Assembly (NCBI GenBank): GCA_018062515.1
Contig: JAGOSC010000007.1
Span: 1-56,864, forward strand
Source: Candidatus Omnitrophota bacterium
GTDB taxonomy: Bacteria > Omnitrophota > Gorgyraeia > Zapsychrales > Zapsychraceae
Reading direction: 5' to 3'
DNA: 56,864 bases
In this document: positions 19,569 to 30,550 of the stretch, piece after piece
Layout: each line of letters opens with the position of its first letter
Numbering within the stretch: position 1 is the stretch's first letter
Position numbers and translations under genes: made by a program
The notes under the pieces: generated by a model
Told to the model about the DNA's origin: nothing
Databases searched by the model: none
The model's input: only the letters and a program-made list of their open reading frames with translations

Positions 19569-20606
19569 ATGCCTAAGAAATTCAAAATAAACATGCCCAC
19601 GCCAAAATCCAAAAAGTATTCCGCTCAACTTAACGACCAAACCGATGGTTATAAAACAATTTTTCAGAATCTTCCCGTCGGAATTGTTGAAACAGATTTT
19701 TCTTCGTTGAAAAAATTAAAGTTGATCATCGAAAAAAATAAAGTTAAGAATATTCGAGCTTATTTTTTAAAGAATCGGCGATTATTAAGTGAAGTCATTC
19801 GTTCTATAAAAATAAACCATGCCAATTCTGCTGCTTTGAGTCTCTTCGGCGCTGCAACCAAAAAAGAACTCGCCGATAACCTTGAAAAAATAATTCATCG
19901 GGATTCTCTTAAGCTGATTATCGGGATTTATACTTCACTTTTATCAGAGCAATCTTATTTTGAAACGCAGCTTAAACTAAGAAGTATACAAGGTAAAATG
20001 ATCGACGTCACATTGCATGTGAATGTTCTTGAATCTCACAAGCGTGTTCTTTTGACAATGGAAAATATTACCGTTCACAAAAATGCAGAACGGAAATTAA
20101 CCAAAAGGTGTCAGACCGATGGTTTGACTGAGGCTCTTAATCATAAAGAAATTTTAAAGAGATTAGATCAAGAATTTAAACGGGCCGTTCGTTATAAAAA
20201 ACATTTCTCGTGTTTAATGATTGATCTTGATCATTTTAAGAAGATTAATGATTTATACGGACATCAAAAAGGCGATAAGATTCTTAAACAGACGAGCCAA
20301 AAGATTAAGCGATGTATTCGAGAAGTGGATATTATCGGCCGTTACGGCGGCGATGAATTCTTAATTCTGCTGCCGGAAACATCCGTGGATAACGCTTCGA
20401 TCGTCGCTGATCGACTTACCAAATTGTTTGCCGAATTGTCCCAAGGTGCGAATAAAAATGACGTATTCTGCTCTCTTAGTATTGGAATCAGCGGGGTTCC
20501 TCAAGAAAATATTGATTCAGCTAAAAAATTATTGGCCGAAGTAGACAAGGCTATGTACCAAGTAAAAAAGGCGGGTCGAAATACATCGTCCGCTATAAAA
20601 TTATAG
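19569..20606 (+). CDS. PAS-like sensor / GGDEF diguanylate cyclase
   Basis: RYGGDEFLILL active site. REVD (RxxD I-site) lies 5 residues upstream, as in PleD. Confidence 0.88.
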   Translation: MPKKFKINMPTPKSKKYSAQLNDQTDGYKTIFQNLPVGIVETDFSSLKKLKLIIEKNKVKNIRAYFLKNRRLLSEVIRSIKINHANSAALSLFGAATKKELADNLEKIIHRDSLKLIIGIYTSLLSEQSYFETQLKLRSIQGKMIDVTLHVNVLESHKRVLLTMENITVHKNAERKLTKRCQTDGLTEALNHKEILKRLDQEFKRAVRYKKHFSCLMIDLDHFKKINDLYGHQKGDKILKQTSQKIKRCIREVDIIGRYGGDEFLILLPETSVDNASIVADRLTKLFAELSQGANKNDVFCSLSIGISGVPQENIDSAKKLLAEVDKAMYQVKKAGRNTSSAIKL

Positions 20607-20620
20607 TATAGGAGAACAGA

Positions 20621-21619
20621 ATGGATTTTAAGATACCGGATACCCCGGAAGAACTTTTCCGTCAAGGATCGCGAAATTTATCGCGGCTTAGCGCGTGGAT
20701 GCCATTAGTGTTTATTGCGTTTGTCATCTTGTTTTTCACCATGACCAGTTTTTATTCCGTTGAACAGGATGAAGTAGGTGTCATCCGGCGGTTTGGAAAA
20801 TATGTCCGCACGACGGAGCCTGGCCTGCATTGGAAGCTTCCCTTTAATATTGAACAATTAGACAAGGTTAAATCAAAAAGAATTTTTAAAGAAGAATTTG
20901 GTTTTAGAACATCCAATCTTGAATCCAAAACTGAATATTCAACCACTTCTTTCGACGATGAGGCCTTAATGCTGACGGGAGATTTGAATGTCCTTGACGT
21001 TTCATGGATTGTTCAGTTTAAAGTCATGGACCCGGTTCAGCTTTTATTCAGCGTGAAGAATCCCGTCGTCACCGTGAGAGACTTATCCGAAGCGGTCATG
21101 CGTCAGATCATCGGAGATTATTCTGTGTCGGAAGTGCTATCCACGAGGAAGAATGAAATTATCGACCAAGTGCGCATAAAACTTCAAGAAGCTTTAGACA
21201 GTTATAAAAGCGGTATTCAAATCACCAAGTTGGAATTGCAGGAAGTATTACCGCCTGCCCCGGTCAATAAATCATTCAATGAAGTCAATCAAGCTGAACA
21301 GGAACGTGAAAAAGTGATTAATCAATCCTGGGAAGCATACAACAAGGCTGTTCCTCAAGCACGTGGTCAGGCAGAGAAAACCATCCGCGAAGCGGAAGGC
21401 TACGCCTTATCACGAATTAATATTGCTAAAGGGGACGCAGAGAAATTTATAGAGACATGGAATGCCTACAAAGATGCGAAGGATGTTACCCGTCGACGAA
21501 TGTACCTGGAAACCTTCGAGGACATTCTCCCTAAGGCAGGTAAGATTTTTGTGTTTGAACCCAAAGCAAATAATGTCTTTCCTTTGCTTAACCTGAATGA
21601 AGGAGGGATAAAGAAATGA
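20621..21619 (+). CDS. hflK: SPFH/band-7 protein HflK
   Basis: N-terminal TM plus an SPFH domain. Paired with hflC through an ATGA overlap. Confidence 0.8.
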   Translation: MDFKIPDTPEELFRQGSRNLSRLSAWMPLVFIAFVILFFTMTSFYSVEQDEVGVIRRFGKYVRTTEPGLHWKLPFNIEQLDKVKSKRIFKEEFGFRTSNLESKTEYSTTSFDDEALMLTGDLNVLDVSWIVQFKVMDPVQLLFSVKNPVVTVRDLSEAVMRQIIGDYSVSEVLSTRKNEIIDQVRIKLQEALDSYKSGIQITKLELQEVLPPAPVNKSFNEVNQAEQEREKVINQSWEAYNKAVPQARGQAEKTIREAEGYALSRINIAKGDAEKFIETWNAYKDAKDVTRRRMYLETFEDILPKAGKIFVFEPKANNVFPLLNLNEGGIKK

Positions 21620-22584
21620 GAAATACATTAAATATTTATGTAGGATTGATTTTAATCGCCTTTTTATTTTTAGGAACCGGCTTAATGTACACCATCGATG
21701 AAACACAGCAAGTGGTCCTCACTCAATTCGGAGAATTGGTTGGAAAACCGAAATCCCAGGCTGGTTTATATTTTAAATTACCTTGGCAACAAGCCAATTA
21801 TTTTGAAAAAAGGATTTTGTCCTGGGGTGGTGACGCGAATCAAATTCCGACGAGAGATAAGCGGTTCATATGGGTTGATACTTTTGCCCGATGGCGGATT
21901 AATGATCCTTTAAAATTCATGCAGTCTGTACGGACGGAAGAAAGCGCCCAGAGCCGGTTGGATGACATTATTGATTCCTCGACGAGGGATGTTATATCGC
22001 GTCATAAATTAATTGAGGCGATTCGAAGTACAAATCGTATCATTGCCGAAAGAAATTCCGTGGAAGATCAAGAAACATCCAGCGGAGCATTGTCTTATAC
22101 CGAATTGGAAAACGTTGAAATCGGCCGTGAAGAATTAGCTAAGCAAATATTAATTCGTGCGCAAGCCACTACTCCTCAATATGGCATTGAATTGATCGAT
22201 GTCCGGATCAAAAGAATTAATTATGTTTCTGAGGTGCGGGATAAAGTTTATGACCGTATGATTTCGGAAAGAAAAAGGGCAGCTGAACAGTTCCGTTCCG
22301 AAGGGCAAGGAAAAAAAGCCGAGATAGAAGGTCAAATCACAAAAGAACTGCAGGAGATTAATTCCGAAGCTTATAAGAAAGCGATGATCCTCAAGGGAAA
22401 GGCCGACGCCGAAGCCATTAAAATTTACGCGGATGCCTTTAACAAAGACCCGGATTTTTATTCGTTTCTAAAGACATTGGAAACTTATAAGAAAACGATG
22501 AATGAGGGTACAACATTGATTTTGTCGACGGAAAATGATTTTTTCCAACAGCTTAATGGTCAATGGGATTTTTCCAAAGAATAA
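21616..22584 (+). CDS. hflC: SPFH/band-7 protein HflC
   Basis: N-terminal TM plus an SPFH domain. IELIDVRIKRINY motif typical of HflC. Confidence 0.8.
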   Translation: MRNTLNIYVGLILIAFLFLGTGLMYTIDETQQVVLTQFGELVGKPKSQAGLYFKLPWQQANYFEKRILSWGGDANQIPTRDKRFIWVDTFARWRINDPLKFMQSVRTEESAQSRLDDIIDSSTRDVISRHKLIEAIRSTNRIIAERNSVEDQETSSGALSYTELENVEIGREELAKQILIRAQATTPQYGIELIDVRIKRINYVSEVRDKVYDRMISERKRAAEQFRSEGQGKKAEIEGQITKELQEINSEAYKKAMILKGKADAEAIKIYADAFNKDPDFYSFLKTLETYKKTMNEGTTLILSTENDFFQQLNGQWDFSKE

Positions 22585-22605
22585 ATTAGATTAACCTAAG
22601 ATCAT

Positions 22606-22640
22606 AAAAACCGTTGGCATCTATCCAACGGTTTTTATAT
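22606..22640 (+). terminator. Rho-independent terminator after hflC
   Basis: AAAAACCGTTGG / CCAACGGTTTTT perfect 12-nt arms with a 7-nt loop and a T-run. Confidence 0.8.
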
Positions 22641-22646
22641 TATAAA

Positions 22647-23516
22647 ATGAATAAACACGTTGAAACATTCGAACTGACTTTAATTCCTAAAAACAACCGG
22701 CCCGGACAATTAGAAATACTTAGGCAAATGGTCGTTGGGTTAGGAGTAAAAGAAGATCAAATTATTGAATTTCAGAAAGACGGTGAATCCAGATTGATTA
22801 TTTATCTGGAAACGTCGGCTAAAGCCTTAAGTTTGAAAAATAATTTAAAGAAGATGGATTTAAAAGATGTAAGCATCGCCTCTAAATCGCTTAAAGGGAA
22901 AGATTGGCAGAATATTTGGAAAAAGGATTTTAAGCCGTTTCAATTGACCAAAAGATTCGATATTGTTCCTTATAGCTACCGTGGAAAATATAAAGCTAAG
23001 AATCGAGAGTTTATAAATATAGATACAAGTTTCGCCTTCGGAACGGGGCTGCATGCCACCACTCGTTTTATGGCGCAATTTATCGAAGAATACGAAGGGA
23101 AGTATTCAAGCTTTATTGATATTGGTACAGGGACGGGAATTTTATCGATCATTGCTTTAAAGTGCGGGGCTAAAAAAGTAACGGCGATTGATTTAACCAA
23201 AGGTATTATTGATGTTGCGAATATGAATTTTCGCGAGAATGGACACAGCCGTCAACGAGGGCAGGCCATTAATTTCGAGAAATTTAAGACCAATAAAAAA
23301 TATGATTATGTTGCCGCTAATTTAATCACGATCGACTTAATTCATTTTCGAAAAAAACTTGTTTCACTGGTTAATCGGGAAAAATATTTAGCGGTTTCAG
23401 GAATATCGGTGAAAAATTATCCTTTATTCCATAAAAAATTTGCTTCTTTACCGCTTAAATGTATTAAGCTAGAGAAAGCCGATGGTTGGTGCGCGCTTTT
23501 ATATAAAAAAATTTAA
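22647..23516 (+). CDS. prmA: Ribosomal protein L11 methyltransferase
   Basis: FGTGLHATT and DIGTGTGILSI (SAM-binding) motifs. The ATG at 22647 is used because the track start at 22614 lies inside the terminator. Confidence 0.85.
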   Translation: MNKHVETFELTLIPKNNRPGQLEILRQMVVGLGVKEDQIIEFQKDGESRLIIYLETSAKALSLKNNLKKMDLKDVSIASKSLKGKDWQNIWKKDFKPFQLTKRFDIVPYSYRGKYKAKNREFINIDTSFAFGTGLHATTRFMAQFIEEYEGKYSSFIDIGTGTGILSIIALKCGAKKVTAIDLTKGIIDVANMNFRENGHSRQRGQAINFEKFKTNKKYDYVAANLITIDLIHFRKKLVSLVNREKYLAVSGISVKNYPLFHKKFASLPLKCIKLEKADGWCALLYKKI

Positions 23517-23531
23517 TCAGAACTAAAGCCC

Positions 23532-23906
23532 ATGCCTAAACCGATTCATGAAAAAGATATTGTTGAAAAGTTTGTATTGGCTTCCGGTCCCGGCGGGCAG
23601 AATGTTAATAAAGTATCAACGTGTGTCGTTTTAAAACATTTACCGACGGGAATTCAGGTTAAATGTCAGATAGGGCGGACACAGAAACAAAATCGCGTAC
23701 TAGCCAGAACATTGTTGCAGCAGAAAATCGAAGATAAATTAAAACAGCAGAAATTAAGAGAACGTCAGGCAAAAGAAAAATTAAAAAGACAAACCCGTAA
23801 ACGTCCTAAAAACGTTAAAGAGAATATATTAGAGTTTAAGCATAAAACATCCGAGAAAAAACAAAATCGCCGGAAACTTCATTTGAACAAAATACAAGAT
23901 TTTTGA
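23532..23906 (+). CDS. arfB: Alternative ribosome-rescue factor ArfB-like peptidyl-tRNA hydrolase (RF-1 domain)
   Basis: GPGGQNVNKVST GGQ motif plus a long Lys/Arg-rich C-terminal tail. 124 aa. Confidence 0.8.
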   Translation: MPKPIHEKDIVEKFVLASGPGGQNVNKVSTCVVLKHLPTGIQVKCQIGRTQKQNRVLARTLLQQKIEDKLKQQKLRERQAKEKLKRQTRKRPKNVKENILEFKHKTSEKKQNRRKLHLNKIQDF

Positions 23907-23924
23907 TTTTTAGAGGAATTATAC

Positions 23925-24386
23925 ATGGCCAAGGTGAAGAAGAAAAATCAAGGTATGATTGATGTCTCGGATAAAGAAATTACGAAACGGACGGCGATTG
24001 CTCGAGCAACTATTAAATTGGGTGAAAAGGCATTCAAAGCCTTAATTCGAGGCGAATGTCCTAAAGGGAATGTGTTAGAAACATCTAAAGTAGCTGGGAT
24101 TATGGCGGCCAAATCCGTGCCGAACATTATTCCTTTATGTCATCCGCTGGAATTAAAGAAAATATCGATTGATCATAAACTGGATAAGAAAAAAAAGTCG
24201 GTCGACATTATCGCCGAAGTTTCTTACGAAGGCAAAACGGGCGTTGAAATGGAAGCATTGACGGCGGTCAGCATTGCCGCATTGACGATTTATGACATGA
24301 TGAAATGGGCGGATAAGGGAATGGTCATTAGTGATACAAAATTATTGCACAAGAGCGGTGGGCGAAGCGGCGTCTACAACCGATAA
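23925..24386 (+). CDS. moaC: Cyclic pyranopterin monophosphate synthase MoaC
   Basis: MIDVS.K..T.R.A.A and IPLCHPL motifs. 153 aa. Confidence 0.88.
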   Translation: MAKVKKKNQGMIDVSDKEITKRTAIARATIKLGEKAFKALIRGECPKGNVLETSKVAGIMAAKSVPNIIPLCHPLELKKISIDHKLDKKKKSVDIIAEVSYEGKTGVEMEALTAVSIAALTIYDMMKWADKGMVISDTKLLHKSGGRSGVYNR

Positions 24387-24404
24387 CAAAATCCGGCGCA
24401 ACGA

Positions 24405-26039
24405 GTGAATACTCTATCTAAACCTTATAAAATTTTCTTCTTGATCTCCTCGATCATTATCCTTTCTTTAGGCATCTATTTTCGATTCCACCATATAACC
24501 CAAAATCAATTTATTTATTATGATGAAGGAATGTGGTTACTTCAAAATCAGGAATTTGTCCAATTCATTGAAAAGGCTCATCATCAAGGCTTGAATGTTC
24601 AAGCCAAACTCGTCAATATTGCGTTTCATTTGTCCTTGAAAACCGCAAAGGCTTTGTGGGCTTTTATTAGCATATCCAGAGGTTTTTTGGTGGGAGCGGA
24701 TGATTATTTTTTCAACCGTGTCGTCTCAGCGATTTTTGGGACATTAACCATCATTGTCTGCGGTTTATTGGCCAGGCGGCTTTATCAATCAGCCTTCGTC
24801 GGAATATTGACGGCGGTTTTATTGTCTATTATGCCGAGCCATGTGTATTATTCGCGCATAGCTTTACAGGAAGCATTTTCGGCATTTTTCTTTCTCGTCG
24901 GACTTTATTGTTATCTATTTTCCTCGAAAATATCTTTTCGTACATTTCTGGCGAGTATTTTTTTTGCATGTGTTTATTTCGTCAATTACCGGATGATTTT
25001 AATTCCGATATTCATTCTATTTTGTGAATTTTATTTAAGTTGCGCTGAAGGCCAAAAGATCAACTTAAAGAAATGGCTTTATCACAGCCTTGTTTTTTTC
25101 GCGATTGTTTTTGGGCTCGGCGCATTGGATCATGGAGCAAATACCTACGTGACGTTCGGATGGATATTTCATCAATCGCATTTAGCTCACGGTACTTTTG
25201 ATGTGTTCAATTTTCTTTCCTATCCGTATTACGTGTTTAAATTTGAAGGGATTTTATTTGGACTGATGTTTTTTGGAAATATATACTTTGTCGTCAAGAA
25301 AAAGTGGAAAGAGGCTTTTCCATTTATGTTCGTATTATTTTTTATGGTTCTTTTTTCATTCCCGCAGGAAAAAGGTGTTCGATATTTAACATCCGCTATG
25401 CCATTTATGGTGATGGCAGTAGCCGGCCTAATCAGCTATTTATATTCGAATAAAATTCTCCGTCGTGGAACGGTCATGATAGTCATTTTGACTTTCTTAT
25501 TAGTTGTCAGTCAAACGCTGGAAAGTTTTTATATTTCCCGGTTTAAGAATGATTATCAGACGTCCATTGCAGAAATAAAGAAAATCGATCGAGAAGCTAA
25601 GTTTATTTCCTCCCAAAGTCTGATACAAAAAATGTTTGTCGACGATCAGAAGGATGTGCTTGAATTTAAATACGGATTAGCTTATTTGGCGAAATTATAT
25701 TCAAGCGGTTATCGATACCTGATCATTGACCCGCAGGCTTATATTTCTTTTACCGACGATCAACGCCGATTTTCTTTGACATTGATGGGTTATTTAGAGT
25801 TTTTTAGAAAGAATATTTCACCGATTAAAAGTTATGAACATTTTAATGATCGGATGCTGGCGCGTTTTGTTTTGGAGCATAATGAAAATTTAAGGCAATC
25901 GTTGCTCTTTCTAGAGAAAAACAAAGCTGAACATTATCACAAACTAAATGTGTATGATTTACGAGTTTGTATGGCCGCCATCAAAAAAGTGATGGATATG
26001 AATCATTTAAATAGCACGAAAGAATCCATCGGGTTTTGA
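24405..26039 (+). CDS. Polytopic membrane glycosyltransferase, GT39/ArnT-PMT-like
   Basis: At least 10 predicted TM segments. An early Y.DEG loop after TM1 and a soluble C-terminal domain. GTG start. Family call is tentative. Confidence 0.55.
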   Translation: MNTLSKPYKIFFLISSIIILSLGIYFRFHHITQNQFIYYDEGMWLLQNQEFVQFIEKAHHQGLNVQAKLVNIAFHLSLKTAKALWAFISISRGFLVGADDYFFNRVVSAIFGTLTIIVCGLLARRLYQSAFVGILTAVLLSIMPSHVYYSRIALQEAFSAFFFLVGLYCYLFSSKISFRTFLASIFFACVYFVNYRMILIPIFILFCEFYLSCAEGQKINLKKWLYHSLVFFAIVFGLGALDHGANTYVTFGWIFHQSHLAHGTFDVFNFLSYPYYVFKFEGILFGLMFFGNIYFVVKKKWKEAFPFMFVLFFMVLFSFPQEKGVRYLTSAMPFMVMAVAGLISYLYSNKILRRGTVMIVILTFLLVVSQTLESFYISRFKNDYQTSIAEIKKIDREAKFISSQSLIQKMFVDDQKDVLEFKYGLAYLAKLYSSGYRYLIIDPQAYISFTDDQRRFSLTLMGYLEFFRKNISPIKSYEHFNDRMLARFVLEHNENLRQSLLFLEKNKAEHYHKLNVYDLRVCMAAIKKVMDMNHLNSTKESIGF

Positions 26040-26115
26040 AAATAAAAAATGTTTAAAAGATTTTTTTTATTGTTTATAATACGCGAAAGATTAATTCTTA
26101 CTTAAAGGAGTTCAC

Positions 26116-26931
26116 GTGAAACAATACCTCGACTTAGTCAGCGATATACTCAAACATGGTGAAACCAAAACCGATCGGACCGGAACAGGAACGATTTCTA
26201 TATTTGGTTATCAGACAAAATATGATTTGCGTGAAGGTTTTCCTTTATTAACCACCAAGAAAGTATTATTCTCCGCCGTTGTGCATGAATTGTTATGGTT
26301 TCTTAACGGTTCAACGAATATCAATGAAAATCTTAAACAACACACTCCGATTTGGAATGCCTGGGCGGATCCGTCGGGCGAATTAGGGCCGATATACGGT
26401 TATCAATGGCGAAAGTGGGAAAAGTATGTTTATAACGAGGATCATCATCGTTATGAAAAAAATCATATTGATCAAATCTCTCAAGCCATTGATCTGATCA
26501 AAAATAATCCTGATTCCCGGCGAATTATTGTTAGCGCGTGGAATGTGGCGGATATAGACCGAATGGCCTTGCCGCCTTGTCACGCTTTCTTTCAATTTTA
26601 CGTGGTTAATGGCCGGCTTGATTGTCAATTGTATCAACGCTCCGCCGATGTTGCTTTGGGAGTTCCTTTTAATATTGCCAGTTATGCATTATTGTTGTCA
26701 CTGATTGCCTCGGAATGTAATTTAATTCCCGGTATTTTTGTCCATACATTGGGGGATGCGCATATCTATTTAAATCATGTAGAAGGCCTGAAGGAACAGC
26801 TGAAACGAACGCCAAAACAATTACCGCAATTAAAATTAGCTCGTAAACCGGTATTGCAAATGACCTTTGATGACATTGAAATTGTCAATTATCAGCATGA
26901 TACTTTTATTAAATTTCCAATCGCTGTTTAA
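26116..26931 (+). CDS. thyA: Thymidylate synthase
   Basis: [13 protein letters not shown] (catalytic Cys) and YQRSAD motifs. GTG start with SD AAAGGAG. Confidence 0.97.
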   Translation: MKQYLDLVSDILKHGETKTDRTGTGTISIFGYQTKYDLREGFPLLTTKKVLFSAVVHELLWFLNGSTNINENLKQHTPIWNAWADPSGELGPIYGYQWRKWEKYVYNEDHHRYEKNHIDQISQAIDLIKNNPDSRRIIVSAWNVADIDRMALPPCHAFFQFYVVNGRLDCQLYQRSADVALGVPFNIASYALLLSLIASECNLIPGIFVHTLGDAHIYLNHVEGLKEQLKRTPKQLPQLKLARKPVLQMTFDDIEIVNYQHDTFIKFPIAV

Positions 26932-26952
26932 CTTCCTTAATTAATTTTAAAT

Positions 26953-27486
26953 ATGTTTGATTTTAATATTGTCGTCGCTATCGATTCAAAAAATGGTATT
27001 GGTAAAAATGGCCAACTTCCTTGGAGGCTTCCTTCGGACTTGAAACGTTTTAAGGAAATCACGACCCAAACCAAATCTCCTCAAAAGAAGAATGTGGTGA
27101 TCATGGGGCGTGTAACATGGGACTCGCTTCCAGCATCGTTTAGGCCTTTACCAAATCGAACCAACATAGTCTTAACCAGAAATTCTGCCTTACAGTTGCC
27201 AGGTAATGTTATAAGAGTCGATTCTTTTAACCAAGTTCAAGATGTGTTAGGCAAAATGGCATATGACGTCGAAACGGTATTTGTCATTGGCGGCCAACAA
27301 ATATTCCAAGAATCATTAAAATCCAGTTATTGCAAAAAACTATATATCACTCACATTGTCGGCGATTATCACTGCGACACCTTTTTCCCCGCCTTTAACG
27401 ATCAATTTGTTAAAATTTCCTCGGAGCCACCCAAAATCGAACAAGATATAAAATATTTCTTTGCTGAATATCAGCGGAAGACGTAA
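26953..27486 (+). CDS. folA: Dihydrofolate reductase
   Basis: GKNGQLPW and VIMGRVTWDS motifs. Classic thyA-folA pairing. Confidence 0.9.
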   Translation: MFDFNIVVAIDSKNGIGKNGQLPWRLPSDLKRFKEITTQTKSPQKKNVVIMGRVTWDSLPASFRPLPNRTNIVLTRNSALQLPGNVIRVDSFNQVQDVLGKMAYDVETVFVIGGQQIFQESLKSSYCKKLYITHIVGDYHCDTFFPAFNDQFVKISSEPPKIEQDIKYFFAEYQRKT

Positions 27487-27762
27487 TTTTATTCCCTTTT
27501 TTGACAATCTTTTACCGAATTAAAGTATTTTTGGTCAACTAAAAAGGAAGCGATTCCTATTTTTTAAAGTAATTTACATAAGTTATTCTGTAACAGTAAG
27601 TTAAAGAAATAACTTTAGAATCGCTATTTAAAATAGGTGGAAAATATTTTTTGTTTTTATTTGTTATAGAGAATATACTTTAGATAAGCACCAACAATAG
27701 ATTTCAGGTTTTGATGGGATCGGATTTTTGAAAAATGATTCAACCTTTAAGTAAGGCGGCTT

Positions 27763-28944
27763 ATGTCAAAAAGCAATGGTAAAAAGAAGCAGATTTTACT
27801 CGTTGACGATGACCGATCTGTCAGTCAAATGTTAACGATGCTTCTCGAAACCCGCGGATACAATGTACACACTGCCTTTAGTGGAACCGAAGCCTTACAA
27901 AAAGCCTCTGAAACAACTGATTTAATCCTGCTGGATTTAATCCTACCCGACGAAGAAGGATTTGAAACTTGCCGTAAATTAAAGGAACAGGCGCGTACCG
28001 CGAATGTTCCTATTATTATTTTAAGCGCCCGTGTTCTCTCCGGAGATATCGTTGAAGGCTTATATTTGGGAGCCGATGATTATCTCACTAAACCATTTGA
28101 ATATGAAGAATTGGTCGCTCGCATGGAAGCCATTATGCGTCGTGGGGCTTTCTTCGAAGGAGGACCCGCCAATATTAACAAAAAAGATGATGAGCTAGTC
28201 CGAGAACTAAGACGAATCGTCACTGAGGGGAGGATCGTTCCATACTATCAACCCATTTATTTGTTAAAACCATTTAAGCTTTTTGGCCTCGAAGCGCTTT
28301 GCCGGCCCCAGACGGATACTGTTTTAGCCAATCCTGAGTTATTATTTAAGTTGGCTATAAAGTATGGATGTTATCAGGATCTGGAAATGCTTTCATGGAA
28401 AAAGGCGGTGGATTACGCGGCTGATTTTATAACGACTGAATATTTGTTTCTGAACTGCAATCCCTACCTCGTGGAAGGCCCAAAATTCTTAACCATCACA
28501 TCATTGTTCGAAAATAGTAAATTAAATACCGCCAATGTCATTTTGGAAATAACGGAGCGATCCGAAGTCGCTAATTTTAAGGAGTTTTATAGTCAGCTTG
28601 GGAAATTTCGGGAATTTGGTTTTAAGTTTGCGGTTGACGACGTCGGCGGAGGATACGCGAGTTTAGAATCCATCGTTGAAACCAAGCCGGAAGTCGTAAA
28701 GATTGACCGTAATATTATTCAAAATCTAGAAAATGATCCTTATAAACGAAGCATTGTTAAATTTGTTGTAGCTTTTTGCCGGGAAAATAATATTTTTTCC
28801 GTTGCTGAAGGCATTGAAACGAAGGAAAGCCTGCATAATATTATGGAGCTTGGCATTGATGCCGCTCAGGGATATTATCTCTCTAAACCTAAACCGGAAA
28901 TCGATATCAAGGAATTTAACAATAAGATTCACTCCATGGTTTAA
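27763..28944 (+). CDS. Response-regulator receiver + EAL c-di-GMP phosphodiesterase
   Basis: REC domain with LILLDLILPD. EAL domain with LEALCR, DDVGGGYASL, KIDRNII and AEGIET motifs, all intact. Confidence 0.9.
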   Translation: MSKSNGKKKQILLVDDDRSVSQMLTMLLETRGYNVHTAFSGTEALQKASETTDLILLDLILPDEEGFETCRKLKEQARTANVPIIILSARVLSGDIVEGLYLGADDYLTKPFEYEELVARMEAIMRRGAFFEGGPANINKKDDELVRELRRIVTEGRIVPYYQPIYLLKPFKLFGLEALCRPQTDTVLANPELLFKLAIKYGCYQDLEMLSWKKAVDYAADFITTEYLFLNCNPYLVEGPKFLTITSLFENSKLNTANVILEITERSEVANFKEFYSQLGKFREFGFKFAVDDVGGGYASLESIVETKPEVVKIDRNIIQNLENDPYKRSIVKFVVAFCRENNIFSVAEGIETKESLHNIMELGIDAAQGYYLSKPKPEIDIKEFNNKIHSMV

Positions 28945-29119
28945 ACACCCCCACTTTATCTACTCAAATGATGTTTCACGCCGATAATATTAAATAAAAA
29001 TGTCCTTTCTTAACTGGAACCTGCTATCCTGATTGATAGATTCATGATGGAAATCGTAAAAATAATTTGTTAGAATACGAAAATTATTTAGTTAATAAAG
29101 ATAACGTTGAACACACACG

Positions 29120-30550
29120 ATGAATAAAAATATCTGTATCCACGGCCATTTCTATCAGCCTCCGCGCGAAGATGCTTGGACCGGCGTCATTGAAGAACAG
29201 AAAAGTGCTGCGCCATTTCATGATTGGAATGAGCGTATCACCGCCGAGTGTTATCGTCCCAACACCGAGTCGCCTATTCATGGCGAGAACAATAATCCGA
29301 TCAAAACCGTCAATAATTATGAATGGATCAGTTTCAATATTGGCCCAACTCTATTTAGTTGGCTGGAACAAAATGATCCGGCAACTTATCAAAAGATTAT
29401 CAAAGCGGATCATAATAGCTTGGCGCATTTTAAAGGTTACGGAAGTGCCATTGCGCAGGCCTATAACCATATCATTATGCCATTGGCCAATGACCGCGAT
29501 AAACAAACTCAGGTCATCTGGGGTATTAAGGACTTTGAGTACCGTTTCCGACGAAAACCGCTCGGGATGTGGTTACCGGAAACAGCGGTGGATTTAAAAA
29601 CCCTTGAAGTGTTGGCTGAAAATCACATTTTGTTTACCATTCTTGCCCCTAAACAGGCGAAGAGTATTAAACTTATCAATGATCAAAATTGGACTTCCGT
29701 CAATGAATCGACTCTGAATACAAAAGTGGCTTACTTATGCCGTTTACCGTCGGGAAAGACCATTCATTTATTTTTCTACGACGGATTTATTTCCAGTGAA
29801 TTGGCTTTCGGAAAAATTATTCAGAGCGGTGTTGAAATCGCCAATCACATGTTAGGGAAATTTGACCACAAGAACACAGCGGAATTAGTTCACGTCGCCA
29901 CTGACGGAGAAACGTACGGGCATCATCGTCAGTTTGGAAATATGGCTTTATCCTATTTGATTGAACATATTCAGAAAAATAATTTAGCCAAAATAACGAA
30001 CTACGCTCTGTTTCTGAAAGAACATAAAACCGAATATGAAGTGGAAATCCATGAAAATACCGCGTGGAGCAGTTCCGTCGGTGTGGAGCGTTGGTGCGCG
30101 GCAGGGGGCGGATGCATCAATTATAAAAAGAGCTGGACGCAAAAATGGCGCGCGCCTTTACGCGAAGCGATGGATTGGTTAAGAGATGAATTGATTCCGC
30201 TTTACGAAAAAGGGATGAAAGGAAAAGGCGACCCCTGGGTCAAGAGAGATCATTTTATCGACGACATTTTACATAAACGAAAACGGCCTCCATTGTTGGA
30301 AATGCAGCATATGGCCATGCTCATGTATACCTCCTGTGGATGGTTTTTCGACGACATTTCCGGAATTGAGACGGTACAAATTTTGCAGTACGCCGCGCGA
30401 GCCATGGAAATAGCCAAAGAAGAATGCGGTGTTAATCTTGAACAGAAATTTTTAAAAATTTTATCCCGGGCCCGAAGCAATTATCGTCGAAAAGGGACAG
30501 GGGAAGACATTTATGTGAATGAAGTCAAAAAACGGGCGCTTCATGTATAG
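29120..30550 (+). CDS. Glycoside hydrolase family 57 protein (alpha-glucan-active)
   Basis: HGHFYQPPRE N-terminus and TDGETYGHH motif typical of GH57. Confidence 0.85.
   Translation: MNKNICIHGHFYQPPREDAWTGVIEEQKSAAPFHDWNERITAECYRPNTESPIHGENNNPIKTVNNYEWISFNIGPTLFSWLEQNDPATYQKIIKADHNSLAHFKGYGSAIAQAYNHIIMPLANDRDKQTQVIWGIKDFEYRFRRKPLGMWLPETAVDLKTLEVLAENHILFTILAPKQAKSIKLINDQNWTSVNESTLNTKVAYLCRLPSGKTIHLFFYDGFISSELAFGKIIQSGVEIANHMLGKFDHKNTAELVHVATDGETYGHHRQFGNMALSYLIEHIQKNNLAKITNYALFLKEHKTEYEVEIHENTAWSSSVGVERWCAAGGGCINYKKSWTQKWRAPLREAMDWLRDELIPLYEKGMKGKGDPWVKRDHFIDDILHKRKRPPLLEMQHMAMLMYTSCGWFFDDISGIETVQILQYAARAMEIAKEECGVNLEQKFLKILSRARSNYRRKGTGEDIYVNEVKKRALHV

Noticed and set aside
27487-27762. c-di-GMP (GEMM) riboswitch in the long leader of the REC-EAL gene.
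   Set aside because: The region is almost devoid of G/C. It lacks the conserved GGCAAACC and GCAAAGCC-type cores.
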